A DNA stretch of 64,000 nucleotides. It comes from Podarcis melisellensis. Taxonomy: Eukaryota. Below, piece by piece: positions 13,194-22,789 of the stretch (within the stretch, counting starts at the first letter, position 1; the number at the start of each line of letters is the position of its first letter). Where the stretch lies: NCBI GenBank assembly GCA_964234715.1, contig OZ174279.1, one strand, 5' to 3'. Both the position numbers and the translations under genes were made by a program. A model generated the notes under the pieces. It did not search any database, was not told where the DNA came from, and saw only the letters and a list, made by a program, of their open reading frames with translations.

Positions 13194-13769
13194 TCAGACC
13201 TGTAACCAATCCCTAACGCCTTGAAAAATATCTGCCAACCAAATATCATTGCCAGCATCAGATAGATGCACGCCATCCCAGCGATAAAGCATTTCCTTGT
13301 CAAACCGTATGCATGGGTGCTGAATGACCCGACCGCCCCATGCGGCCACTCTACGCGCCACCGTGCGCTCCACAATCCTCCTAGCTTTATTCACTGCCAC
13401 GGGTTTCTCTGCATCCCGCCAACATTGCCTTTCCAGCAAAGATGACCAAATTATTGTAAAGCTTTCATGGGATGCCTCCAACAATTCCAAGTCATTAATA
13501 ATGTTCCACATCAAATCCACCCCTTTTCTATACGCCAGGTCGTTCTCGCCCAGTTGGATGATCAAGGCACTGGGTAGGCCCTCGGCAGCGATTTTCCTGG
13601 ATACAACTGGGAAAAAACTCCTCCCAACGCATACCCCTCCTGGCGATCCATGACAATTTGACCCTGCTGGGTAGCCGTAGCTCCTTATCCCAGCCCCTTT
13701 GTTCTGTGCGCCGCTTTGCCCAATATACGATGCTGTGGCCGAGGATCCACAGTCGAACCACACCAGTAC
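13194..13769 (-). pseudogene. SGNH/GDSL hydrolase ORF of the Ngaro element (one frameshift)
   Basis: Joining ORFs 13528..13761 and 13194..13763 by removing one base from the A6 run at 13612-13617 gives VVRLWILGHS (block I), RGM (II), QLGEND (III), DGVHLS (V). Confidence 0.85.
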
Positions 13770-13831
13770 CTGAAATGAGAGAATCGGGGAACCAGATCAG
13801 GAGGAGTGCCAGGGGGAAAGCTGAGGGGAAT

Positions 13832-14803
13832 TTAGAAGGGCTTCCGGATGTAACCCCGGTATGCGTTAGATTTCCAGTGCCCCATGTCCATAATTCTTTG
13901 CCGGTAAACCCATATGGGCGGCGGTGGTCGCCGCCCCAATGCGAAAGGAGTGTGCGGCGTACTCCTCCTGGGGAAGCCCGATGGCGGCAATTGCCTTGCG
14001 CATGACCCTCGTGAACTGTTGCTTTGAGAGGGCAGAACCATCGGAATGTAAGAAAAAGGGGCCACTAGACTCTGGTCTTACACACAGGTATTTTCTGGCA
14101 ACCTTTACAGGGCAAGGGCCCGCCTTTTGAGTCGCCTGGAGGCGAACCAAGGCTCCCTTGCCAAGCTGATCAGTCTTTGAGCTACGGATTTTTAACGTTA
14201 CATGCGCACTGTCCACTGTTACGTCCTCCAACAATAGCCCCTTAGAGGCTGTGCGGTCCTCACAGACCACTTCACCTATGCGTAGGGCGCCAAAAAATGG
14301 AAAAGAAAACGCTGCTGAAAATAATCTGGCTTCGTATCTTGACCAACACAAGGCCCTCAACTTCCTACGGATTTGGGTGAGTATGTCTAAAGCTATGGGC
14401 CTTCTCCTGTCCAGGCCGTGCGGCCTGGACCTGCGCCAACCCTCAAGCATCTTCCGCACCACGAACTGCGAACAGGGATCAACGGGAAATAAGGTTTTAG
14501 AAAAGAAGGATATAGCAGCTGAATGAATATTGAGGGTTTTGGGGGCCCGTCCAAGATCTCTAAGGTGGACCAAATACTCTATGACTTCCGACTTGGACGG
14601 TGGCCTGCCCGGCTTGAATCGCTCCTTTTTGATGCGGAAGGATGTGAAGTCTAGCCATGCCTTATTATACGATCTCAGGGTAGAAGGCGCTAGCGTGGAC
14701 AATACTCCCTTTATTGCTTCTCGTTGCCAATATTCCAGAGGTGCACCGGGAATGGTTGCGGCTGCTGCTGCGCATCCGGCGCCAATGCGCGAAAGCGTTC
14801 CAT
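13832..14803 (-). pseudogene. Tyrosine recombinase of the Ngaro element (C-terminal frameshift)
   Basis: ORF 13866..14702 has LAPST, LRIGE, SKTDQ and HSFRIGAAT; GHWKSNAYRGYIR with the catalytic Tyr lies in another frame (ORF 13832..14065), with the shift near 13895-13900. Confidence 0.9.
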
Positions 14804-15748
14804 CTGGAAACGAGATAGGGCATCCGCGATGTTATTATCAATACCGGGGACAAACTTGGCTGAAGCGTGAAGGTTCAACCGCAAGCAGGAAAGGACAAAT
14901 TACCGTAAAAGGGACGCTACTCTGGGTGAACGTGACGATTGTTTATTCAAGACTGACACGACCGCTAGATTGTCCGTCCCGAAACAGACCCTATGGTTTT
15001 TAAACTGGTCTTCCCATAAGTGGATTGCAACTACGATGGGAAAGAATTCTAAAAATGTCAAGTCCCGTAGTATTGGTTTACCTTGCCAGGAGGGAGGCCA
15101 GTGCTGAGCACACCACTGGCCACTGAGCACCCTATCGGCATAGATTTGTCTATGGAATAAGCCCCCTCAAATCTAAAAACCTTGCCATATAAATTCCTCA
15201 GGGTGAATTGGCAGGAGACGGAAAGTCCACTCAATGTCGCACTTTGCCAAGAGCGCGCCCCTGCTGAACCTGCGCATACGATTTATAGCCTGATCAAAGG
15301 AGGCATATTTCACAGAATAAGGCTTCTGTGGTATTGCATCATTGACTGAGCCACCTCCAGGGTAGGGTAGGTTGTCGATCATAGGATACTCTCCTGGAGT
15401 CTATGGGGGGACAATGCCTAAAGGTGAAATGAGTAAACCCGCTATAGGTGGCTCCCTGAAGGGACCGGCCACCCTCCCAGCCAGAAATTTCTTTTAATTT
15501 CTTTTTTGCAATAGCTGGCATTTCCCAAACTGGTTTTTTTTTGGGGGGGGGTCCCTGAGTTAGGGGGTAATGAACGAGGATCTTGAAGCCATAAGAGAAA
15601 CTCTTTCCCAGGGTACTTTGCTGCCTCTATTTTAGGGTATTTATCGAGAAGGGTTCTAAGAGGTGAGAGCTTAACAGAAGAGAACATCACAGTCAAGGGC
15701 CAAATTCATAGCAGCTTGTGGTTGTTCCTTTTGGCGGGTCTTTGAGCT
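14711..15748 (-). pseudogene. Reverse transcriptase/RNase H remnant of the Ngaro element
   Basis: SVNDAI...YASFDQA...AKCDI...FRLLPIHP (RT N-half), LTFLEFFPIVVAIHLW...TDNLAVV and VPGIDNNIADALSRFQMERFRALAP (RNase H); several frameshifts, and the RT core is deleted near 15120. Confidence 0.85.
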
Positions 15749-15982
15749 CTCCAGGCCCAGTTCTTCAACGCACGGGCATGCGATTGCATGGTACCCAAAT
15801 CCCATTCTATGAAATCTCAGAAGTGGGGAATATTTAATGGTAAGGTCATGAATTTTTCAAAAACACTCGTGAGACTTTTCAGTTGAAGCCATAGAACCAC
15901 ACACTCATGCACTTGGGTCTACAGGGAATAAAAGATCCAGTCAAAAGGAATCTGCCAGTGAGGGGAAGACTATATAGTTTTT
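15749..15982 (+). repeat. 234-bp direct duplication, copy 2 (right flank of the Ngaro element)
   Basis: Matches 11747-11980 at an offset of 4002 bp. Confidence 0.95.
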
Positions 15983-16455
15983 CGCAGGCAAAGGAAGGCA
16001 GAAGCAAAAAGAGAATATTCTGGTAAATAAAACCTGTGAATGTGAATAAAATACAGGAACTAGGGCCTGCCACAAACTGTTGTGGCATGGAGGGTTCCCT
16101 AGTTAGAATTCCAGTGATTCCATTAAATTCACCTCCTCCTGTTTTACACTCACATACAGTCAGTCAGCACCCCAAAACCACTGAATACACTTGGCTTTTA
16201 AAACAGGTGGGGAGGGAGTTTCCATCAGACATTTCCCCCAAATATTTGTTTGTAGTTCTGCAAATGTTGTGCCTTTCTCTTCCCCCTCCCCGCTCTGCCT
16301 GCTAATATCTCTATCTTTCATGCAGGTGGTTTGCAGTAAAAATCACACTGAAGTTGCAATCAATATTTTAGGAGTTCTAAATCCCCATTCCAGCAAAACA
16401 AAAAATAAAAATAAACAGTAAGACTCAGCCACTTGGCATTATCTATAATTATAAT

Positions 16456-17291
16456 ATTTTTTTAAAAAAAAATTATTCATTTTTCAAACACATAATTAAA
16501 AACAAACACAACACAAAACAAAACAAAAACATACACAACATTAAACATATACCGTCTTCCCCATACCTCCCTTTCGCTGCATCCTTATTCCACAATTCTT
16601 CAGCAACCCTTTAGTCAATTTATCTATTAGTTCCCTTTCATTAAATTTCCTTAAACTTATTAGTTACAGCTGTAATTCTCTACTTCTTACCCCTTGACAT
16701 CTTAACACTCCTCAATTTTACAACAGTTTTTAAGATATGTTTTAAATTTCTTCCAGTCCTCTTCCACTGTCTCTTTCCCCTGGTCTCGGATTCTGCCGGT
16801 CATCTCTGCTAGTCCCATGAAGTCTGTCACCTTTGTCTGCCATTCTTCCAGAGTAGGTAGTTCTTGCATCTTCCAATACTTTGCCAGAAGAATTCTTGCT
16901 GCTGTAGTAGCATACATAAAAAAAGTCCTATCCGTCTTTGACACCAGTTGGCCAACCATGCCCAGGAGAAAAGCCTCAGGTTTCTTAGGAAAAGTCCACT
17001 TAAGGACCTTCTTAATTTCATTATAGATCATTTCCCAAAAGGCTTTAATCTTTGGGCAGGTCCACCAAAGGTGGTAAAAGGTACCTTCAGTCTCATTACA
17101 TTTCCAGCATTTATTATTGGGCAAATGGTAAATTTTTGCAAGCTTGACTGGGGTCATGTGCCACCTGTAAATCATTTTCATTATGTTCTCTTTTAAGGCA
17201 TTACATGCCGTGAACTTAACACCAGTGGTCCATAACTGTTCCCAGTCAGCAAACATAATGTCATGACCGATATCCTGTGCCCATTTAATCA
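16456..17291 (-). mobile_element. L1 3' part (ORF2 C-terminus and 3' UTR), interrupted by the copia element
   Basis: ORF 16702..17292 has CWKC..GTFYHLWWTC and is homologous to 6349..6645; T-rich tail at the left end. Confidence 0.9.
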
Positions 17292-17655
17292 TGTCCCATT
17301 AAACTTTAATTAGTTTAATGTAAATGCCCAGTGCACTTCCTTCTTTAAAAGTCTCACCACGGCAGAGGATTTCGCGCAGCAGCTAAGAAGGGCAGGAGAG
17401 GCAGCATCTTCCCAAAAAGGAGTCCTGGAGCATGCGGTTTGTAAATCAAAAATAAGGTTTATTTACAAAACACCAAAAAACAATCCTGGCGACGAACCAC
17501 ACATCTCAGCAAAACACACACCCAAAAGGAGAAGGGGGAGAACAAACAAACAGGGGGACTATTTATACAGACTCATGTTCCTGGAAGCCTAATGACCTCC
17601 AGCTGCTCAGTGATTAGAGCGTTTCTGCTACTCTTTTAACCCTTTGATAGCAACA
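17292..17655 (-). repeat. Copia 3' LTR
   Basis: tgtcccatt...gatagcaaca, identical by eye to 22102-22465; minus-strand AATAAA at 17458-17463. Confidence 0.95.
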
Positions 17656-17668
17656 CCCCCTCTTGCTC
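17656..17668 (-). other. Copia polypurine tract
   Basis: Minus strand GAGCAAGAGGGGG directly abuts the 3' LTR. Confidence 0.85.
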
Positions 17669-17690
17669 GTAACACTGAGCTGTACCAACC

Positions 17691-20498
17691 TTAATACAAA
17701 TTTAAACCTGAACAGAAACATTTATGAGATTGCGGACTCAAAGCTTTTGTAAAACCGTCTGCGAGATTTTCTTGGCTTGGACAATACTTTAGTTCAATTA
17801 AACCTTGTTTTACACTTTGGCATACATTTTGATAACGGATATCCAAGTGTTTTGTGTGCGCCTTGAATTGACCTGATTTAGCTAGTTTAATACAAGGTTG
17901 ATTGTCTTCCCACACTCTGATAGGTAGGGAACATTCTCCAAACAATTCTTGTACCAGTTGCTTATAAAATTCCAGTTCTCTACATATATCTGATAACGCA
18001 TTGAACTCAGATTCAGTTGAACTTAAAGCTATAAGTGATTGTTTTCTTGATCTCCAACCAATTAGTGCATTTCCAAATTTTATCGCCATTCCTGACACTG
18101 ATTTTCTATCTGGTCCAGCATCTGCCCAACTGCTGTCGGCCCAACATTCAAGTTGTGTGCTGCCCTCTGCTGATAGTTTTAAGCGAAAGCTTTTGGTAGT
18201 TTGGAGATACCTTAAAACTCTTTTTACTCCTTGCCAAGCATGCATTGATGGTTTTTCAGCTTGTCTACACAGCATGTTGACAGCATATGTTATATCGGGC
18301 CGAGTCCACTGTGCAATGTGGAGTAGACTGCCTATCGCTGACTGGTAAACCCCGGGATTACAGAACTCTGCCTTTTGCTCAGTTTGCGCATCCTTTGTGT
18401 AACTTAACTCCATTGGGGTTTTAACACCAGCACAGTTGTTCATTTTAAACCTTTCCAGCAACTGCTGGATTTTAGCTTCTTGGCTAAGCCAATAGTTACC
18501 ATTTTCATCTTGCTGAATTTTAACTCCTAGATAAACAGATACATTGCCTAGTGATTTTAACTGAAACCTTTCTCCAAGCTTTGTGGCAAATTGTTGTGCA
18601 AGTTTATCATCCTTTCCACTGTATAATAAATCGTCAACAAATATCAAAACTGCTTCTTGTTCACATCCCGAGCCTTTTAGATAAAGACACGCATCTGCTG
18701 CGCTCTTTCTGAACCCCATGCTCTCTAGAGCATCGTTTAAGCAGGAATTCCAATTACGGGCGGACTGTTTCAACCCATAAATGGATTTGTGTAGGCGCCA
18801 GACCTGGTTTGGCTTGTCTCCTTCAAAGCCTGGTGGTGGTGTCATATAGACTTCCTCCTGTAAGTCTGCATTTAAATAAGCCACATTGACATCAAAATGA
18901 AACAGCTTATTACCCTTCTTAGCTGAAGAGGCTAGAAGCATTCTTAATGACTCCGATCTTGAAGTAGGGGCATAGATTTGAGAATAGTGAACACCTTTGC
19001 GCTGCGAAAACCCTTTTGCAACTAGTCGGGCTTTATATTGCAACTCTTCAGTAGTTGTGGGCTTTAAACGATATACCCATCGACAACCTACAGCTTGTTG
19101 CCCTTTCGGAAGCTCTGTACTTGTAAACACACCGAGAGACTTCATTGAAGCCATCTCTTTTTCCATTGCTTCCTGCCACTTTACGGCTTCTGAGCTTGGA
19201 AGCTGTTGTACTTCCATATAGCTTTCTGGCTCACACTGTGCCATATTTACGTATACACTTGTCACCTTAAACCGCTCTGGTGGCTTGCCCTTCGTGGCGC
19301 GTTTTGACCTGCACAATTGCTCCTCTTGTGCCCCCTCTGACCGTTGGCTGTCAGAATCTGTCTCAGACTTTATGTCTGGACGTGCCTCTAGGGATAAAGA
19401 CCTCCGTTTAGATACCTCCCTTGGGCTTGGTGTTGCAGGTGACCTGCTTTGCTTTTGCTGTCTGCTAGGCCTACTGACTGGCGAAGTTGGAGCACTCCTA
19501 GATTCTGGCTTTTCTACCTTAGGAGAAGAACCTCGTGCCTGATCAGAATCTGCATCTGAACCATGTGCACCATCCCCTTCTGGCTCATCACTCTCTGGAC
19601 TTTCTTTCTCAGCATGAATGCCTAAATCATCTCTCAAAATGTCAGGGTTAGCGTGTAAGTGAGTCCATCCGGACTGCTCACAAAAATCAGCGCTCCTACT
19701 GAGGACCACTCTTGTAGTATCCCCACCTGGGTCCACAAACCTCCAAGATTTGGCATGTGGTTCGTACCCGCAAAAGATGAGTTTCCTAGCCCTTGGACTT
19801 CCCTTTTTCCTTAACGCTTTTGGGATAAGTACATAGGCTTGAGATCCAAACACCCGAAAGTAATTAACTTTGGGCTTCTTCCCATATAAAGCAAAATAAG
19901 GCGTAGTATCAATTACCGAATTATATACTCGGTTCAGAATATGAGTAGCCGCCTGCCAGGCTTCCGCCCAGTAACTTTGAGGAAGTTTAGCATCAAACAA
20001 CATAGAGTTTGCCAACTCTTGCAGAACCCTATTTTTACGTTCGGCCACGCCTCCTTCTTGGGGGGAATAAGGTGTAGACAGACGATGCTTAATTCCCTTT
20101 TTCTTAAAGAAATTCTGCAACACAGACCCGGTAAATTCTGACCCTCTGTCTGTCTGAAAAGCAAGTACTCTAGTACCGAATTCAAGTTCTACCGCATGAA
20201 CCCAATTTTTAACTGTTTCTGCAGTATCTGCTTTTGTTTTGAGAGGAAAAAACCATGTAACCTTTGTTTTGTCATCCGAGAGACACAGTGCATACTTTGA
20301 ACCTCCCATGCTAGCAACAGGCATTGGGCCACATAGGTCCATATGCACAAGTTGGAATACTTTGTCAGATTTCCTATCTGAACTGGGATAGCTGCATCTA
20401 TGAACCTTCGCACTTTTGCATGCAGTACAATCCAAATACTTAGTACATTTGTTCAATTTGCACCCTTCTGATAATTCAGGTTGCCTTTTAACATACTG
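17691..20498 (-). CDS. pol: Copia pol: integrase, reverse transcriptase, RNase H
   Basis: CTAC zinc motif; HMDLCGP / TDRGSEF / GVAERKNR (DDE); FDVNVAYL, YGLKQSARNW, FVDD (RT); WADSSWA, STESEF, EDNQ, TKHLDIRY, LADGFTK (RNase H). Open without stops; the ORF-track start at 20456 is a TTG, not a true initiator. Confidence 0.93.
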   Translation of the reverse strand, partial: QYVKRQPELSEGCKLNKCTKYLDCTACKSAKVHRCSYPSSDRKSDKVFQLVHMDLCGPMPVASMGGSKYALCLSDDKTKVTWFFPLKTKADTAETVKNWVHAVELEFGTRVLAFQTDRGSEFTGSVLQNFFKKKGIKHRLSTPYSPQEGGVAERKNRVLQELANSMLFDAKLPQSYWAEAWQAATHILNRVYNSVIDTTPYFALYGKKPKVNYFRVFGSQAYVLIPKALRKKGSPRARKLIFCGYEPHAKSWRFVDPGGDTTRVVLSRSADFCEQSGWTHLHANPDILRDDLGIHAEKESPESDEPEGDGAHGSDADSDQARGSSPKVEKPESRSAPTSPVSRPSRQQKQSRSPATPSPREVSKRRSLSLEARPDIKSETDSDSQRSEGAQEEQLCRSKRATKGKPPERFKVTSVYVNMAQCEPESYMEVQQLPSSEAVKWQEAMEKEMASMKSLGVFTSTELPKGQQAVGCRWVYRLKPTTTEELQYKARLVAKGFSQRKGVHYSQIYAPTSRSESLRMLLASSAKKGNKLFHFDVNVAYLNADLQEEVYMTPPPGFEGDKPNQVWRLHKSIYGLKQSARNWNSCLNDALESMGFRKSAADACLYLKGSGCEQEAVLIFVDDLLYSGKDDKLAQQFATKLGERFQLKSLGNVSVYLGVKIQQDENGNYWLSQEAKIQQLLERFKMNNCAGVKTPMELSYTKDAQTEQKAEFCNPGVYQSAIGSLLHIAQWTRPDITYAVNMLCRQAEKPSMHAWQGVKRVLRYLQTTKSFRLKLSAEGSTQLECWADSSWADAGPDRKSVSGMAIKFGNALIGWRSRKQSLIALSSTESEFNALSDICRELEFYKQLVQELFGECSLPIRVWEDNQPCIKLAKSGQFKAHTKHLDIRYQNVCQSVKQGLIELKYCPSQENLADGFTKALSPQSHKCFCSGLNLY

Positions 20499-21837
20499 AA
20501 AAATTAATATGCCCTAAACGGCGGTGCCATAAATGAACACAAGAATTATGGGTAGGCGTGTTCACACAACCAGCATGAACCTGTTCAACTTCATCTGGAC
20601 TTGTCTCAAAATAATATAACCCATTTCTGCATTCCACCTGCAAAAGAGATACGTTATTCTTTGAAATAGTGCAAACCCCATTTTCAAACACAGTTTTAAA
20701 CCCATTTCTATCAAGTTCTGACACAGACAAAATACACCCCTTCAGTCCCTTTAGCACGTAGGCATCAATTTCTGTTTGCAAACAATTCAAGAACACTGTG
20801 CCTACAGTCTCTAAGGAACGTTTAGTTGAATCTGCCATTGTCACAACTTTAGGGGTTAGCAAATGTCTGCAATTCTGCAAACGTACACTAGATGGCGCCA
20901 CCAGGTGGTGAGATGCACCACTGTCGATCAACCAGCGTAGATTGCTGCCTTGGCCACGCCCTTGCATCAACGCCATTGCTGAAGCCATGTGCTGTGTGCT
21001 GTGGGAGTAGCCACGACCTCCTCCTCTTCTTCGACGTCCCCTGGAACTCCTTGTCTGGTAACTAGGGGTAACGGCCTTGTTGCTGTCTTGACCAGGTTCA
21101 CGTGTGCAATTCCTGATTAGATGGGAAGGGGAACCACAGCGAAAACAGTGTCTAGCTGCAAAAGCATTTACTGTGTGCTCAAACTCAGCATCAACACTCT
21201 TAGGCACAGCATAACTCCCCTTTAAAGACAAACCTCTTTCTCTTTGCCTTTTATCCTGTTCATCCGCAAGCCGAGAAGAAATGTATTCAAGGGTTAATTC
21301 AGTTGAAGGCATAGCTTCCAAAGTTAGAGCTAGAGTCTCATAGCTTTTATCAAGAGAAGACAACAATATGTATGACTGCTGCTCCATAGAGAAAGGAATG
21401 CCCAGCTGTCTTAGTTGATTAAAGGCAGACACCATTTTGGCAATATGTTCTTTCACACACGCTCCCGGTTGGAGACGTAAATCAAACAAACATCTTGTAG
21501 CATGGATCTTGGCCCCCGCAGTGTTTCTGGAATTTAACCGCTGCAGAACCGTCCAGACCTCATGCGTGTTCTTTAACTCAGAAACATAAGGCATTTGCTC
21601 TGGTCCCACTGCCAAAACTAGTAGACCTTGGGCTTTCCTGTCGCGTTTCTGTGAAGCTGCTGCTGCTGCTTTGGCTTCTGCAGACGCGTCTGCAGCTGCC
21701 TGTAAAGGCGGTGCTTCAGTACAGCTCCACAACTCTTTTGCTTGCAACCAAACCCTTACTCTAGCCTTCCAATCTTGCCAATTTTTCCCATTGAGTCGCG
21801 TAAACGGGACAGTAAAACTTTCCTGGGACTCTGCCAT
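20488..21837 (-). CDS. gag: Copia gag, protease and start of integrase
   Basis: LNGKNWQDW, YILLSSL, zinc knuckle CFRCGSPSHLIRNC, protease WLIDSGASHH, HLWHRRLGH; ends at a 1-nt frameshift. Confidence 0.93.
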   Translation of the reverse strand: MAESQESFTVPFTRLNGKNWQDWKARVRVWLQAKELWSCTEAPPLQAAADASAEAKAAAAASQKRDRKAQGLLVLAVGPEQMPYVSELKNTHEVWTVLQRLNSRNTAGAKIHATRCLFDLRLQPGACVKEHIAKMVSAFNQLRQLGIPFSMEQQSYILLSSLDKSYETLALTLEAMPSTELTLEYISSRLADEQDKRQRERGLSLKGSYAVPKSVDAEFEHTVNAFAARHCFRCGSPSHLIRNCTREPGQDSNKAVTPSYQTRSSRGRRRRGGGRGYSHSTQHMASAMALMQGRGQGSNLRWLIDSGASHHLVAPSSVRLQNCRHLLTPKVVTMADSTKRSLETVGTVFLNCLQTEIDAYVLKGLKGCILSVSELDRNGFKTVFENGVCTISKNNVSLLQVECRNGLYYFETSPDEVEQVHAGCVNTPTHNSCVHLWHRRLGHINFSVC

Positions 21838-22092
21838 CCTCCCTGGGGCTTAGGAACGATACTCACACACCTGTAGACCGTCTCCCAGCTGCTGAGGTGG
21901 CTCCTTGAGGAATCAGACGTCTTCCAGCGAGTACAAACTGCGCAGTGCCTCTTTAAAACTTTTCTAGGCACGTTGCAGGACTCAAGCTGCTTTGGAGGCT
22001 TTCGTTGTCGGCAACCGCTTCTGTCTTCACTCCAGTCCTTGCATAAATCACTCTGAACTGCTCTCCTTATCTCCTTCTTGACGTACAAACAA

Positions 22093-22101
22093 CCCATAAC
22101 C
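22093..22101 (-). other. Copia primer-binding site (internal tRNAiMet type)
   Basis: Minus strand GGTTATGGG directly after the 5' LTR CA, matching the start of the Drosophila copia PBS GGTTATGGGCCCAG. Confidence 0.8.
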
Positions 22102-22465
22102 TGTCCCATTAAACTTTAATTAGTTTAATGTAAATGCCCAGTGCACTTCCTTCTTTAAAAGTCTCACCACGGCAGAGGATTTCGCGCAGCAGCTAAGAAG
22201 GGCAGGAGAGGCAGCATCTTCCCAAAAAGGAGTCCTGGAGCATGCGGTTTGTAAATCAAAAATAAGGTTTATTTACAAAACACCAAAAAACAATCCTGGC
22301 GACGAACCACACATCTCAGCAAAACACACACCCAAAAGGAGAAGGGGGAGAACAAACAAACAGGGGGACTATTTATACAGACTCATGTTCCTGGAAGCCT
22401 AATGACCTCCAGCTGCTCAGTGATTAGAGCGTTTCTGCTACTCTTTTAACCCTTTGATAGCAACA
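22102..22465 (-). repeat. Copia 5' LTR
   Basis: Identical by eye to 17292-17655; minus-strand TATAAAT at 22371-22377. Confidence 0.95.
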
Positions 22466-22782
22466 AATCATAGCTGATTTCACCGTTTCATCCTGTGTAT
22501 TCCATTTCAACAGCAAGTTATACATTCTAGACAAATTCTTAGTATTGGGTTCTAACAGTTCTGTTTCTAACTTTGACCTCTCCTTCTGAAATCCTATTTT
22601 CCTGTCCTGCTTAAATGTCTCATTTATCTGATGGTAATGTAGCCAGTCTCGAACTTTGAACTTTAGTTTCTCATAACTCTGAAGTTTAAGCTTCTCACCA
22701 TCTTGTTCTAGGATTTCACAGTATTTTGGCCAATTAGAATCCATATTAAGTTTTTTCACCGCCTTAGCTTTCATTGGTGACA
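22466..22782 (-). mobile_element. Upstream part of the same L1 ORF2
   Basis: ...TQDETVKSAMI reads through into KWAQDIGHDIM... once the copia and one TSD copy are removed. Confidence 0.88.
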
Positions 22783-22789
22783 ATATCAG

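Larger units (their letters stand above)
11980..15748 (-). mobile_element. Ngaro-type tyrosine-recombinase (DIRS-order) retrotransposon, 5'-truncated and internally deleted
   Basis: Minus-strand order: RT remnant, RNase H remnant, YR, SGNH ORF, repeat B1, unique A2, repeat B2. This is the Ngaro A1-ORFs-B1-A2-B2 layout with A1 and gag missing. Much more CpG-rich than the flanks. Confidence 0.9.
17292..22465 (-). mobile_element. Full-length Ty1/copia LTR retrotransposon (5174 bp)
   Basis: Two 364-bp TG...CA LTRs, TSD aatca (17287-17291 and 22466-22470), PBS, PPT and domain order gag-PR-IN-RT-RH. Confidence 0.97.
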
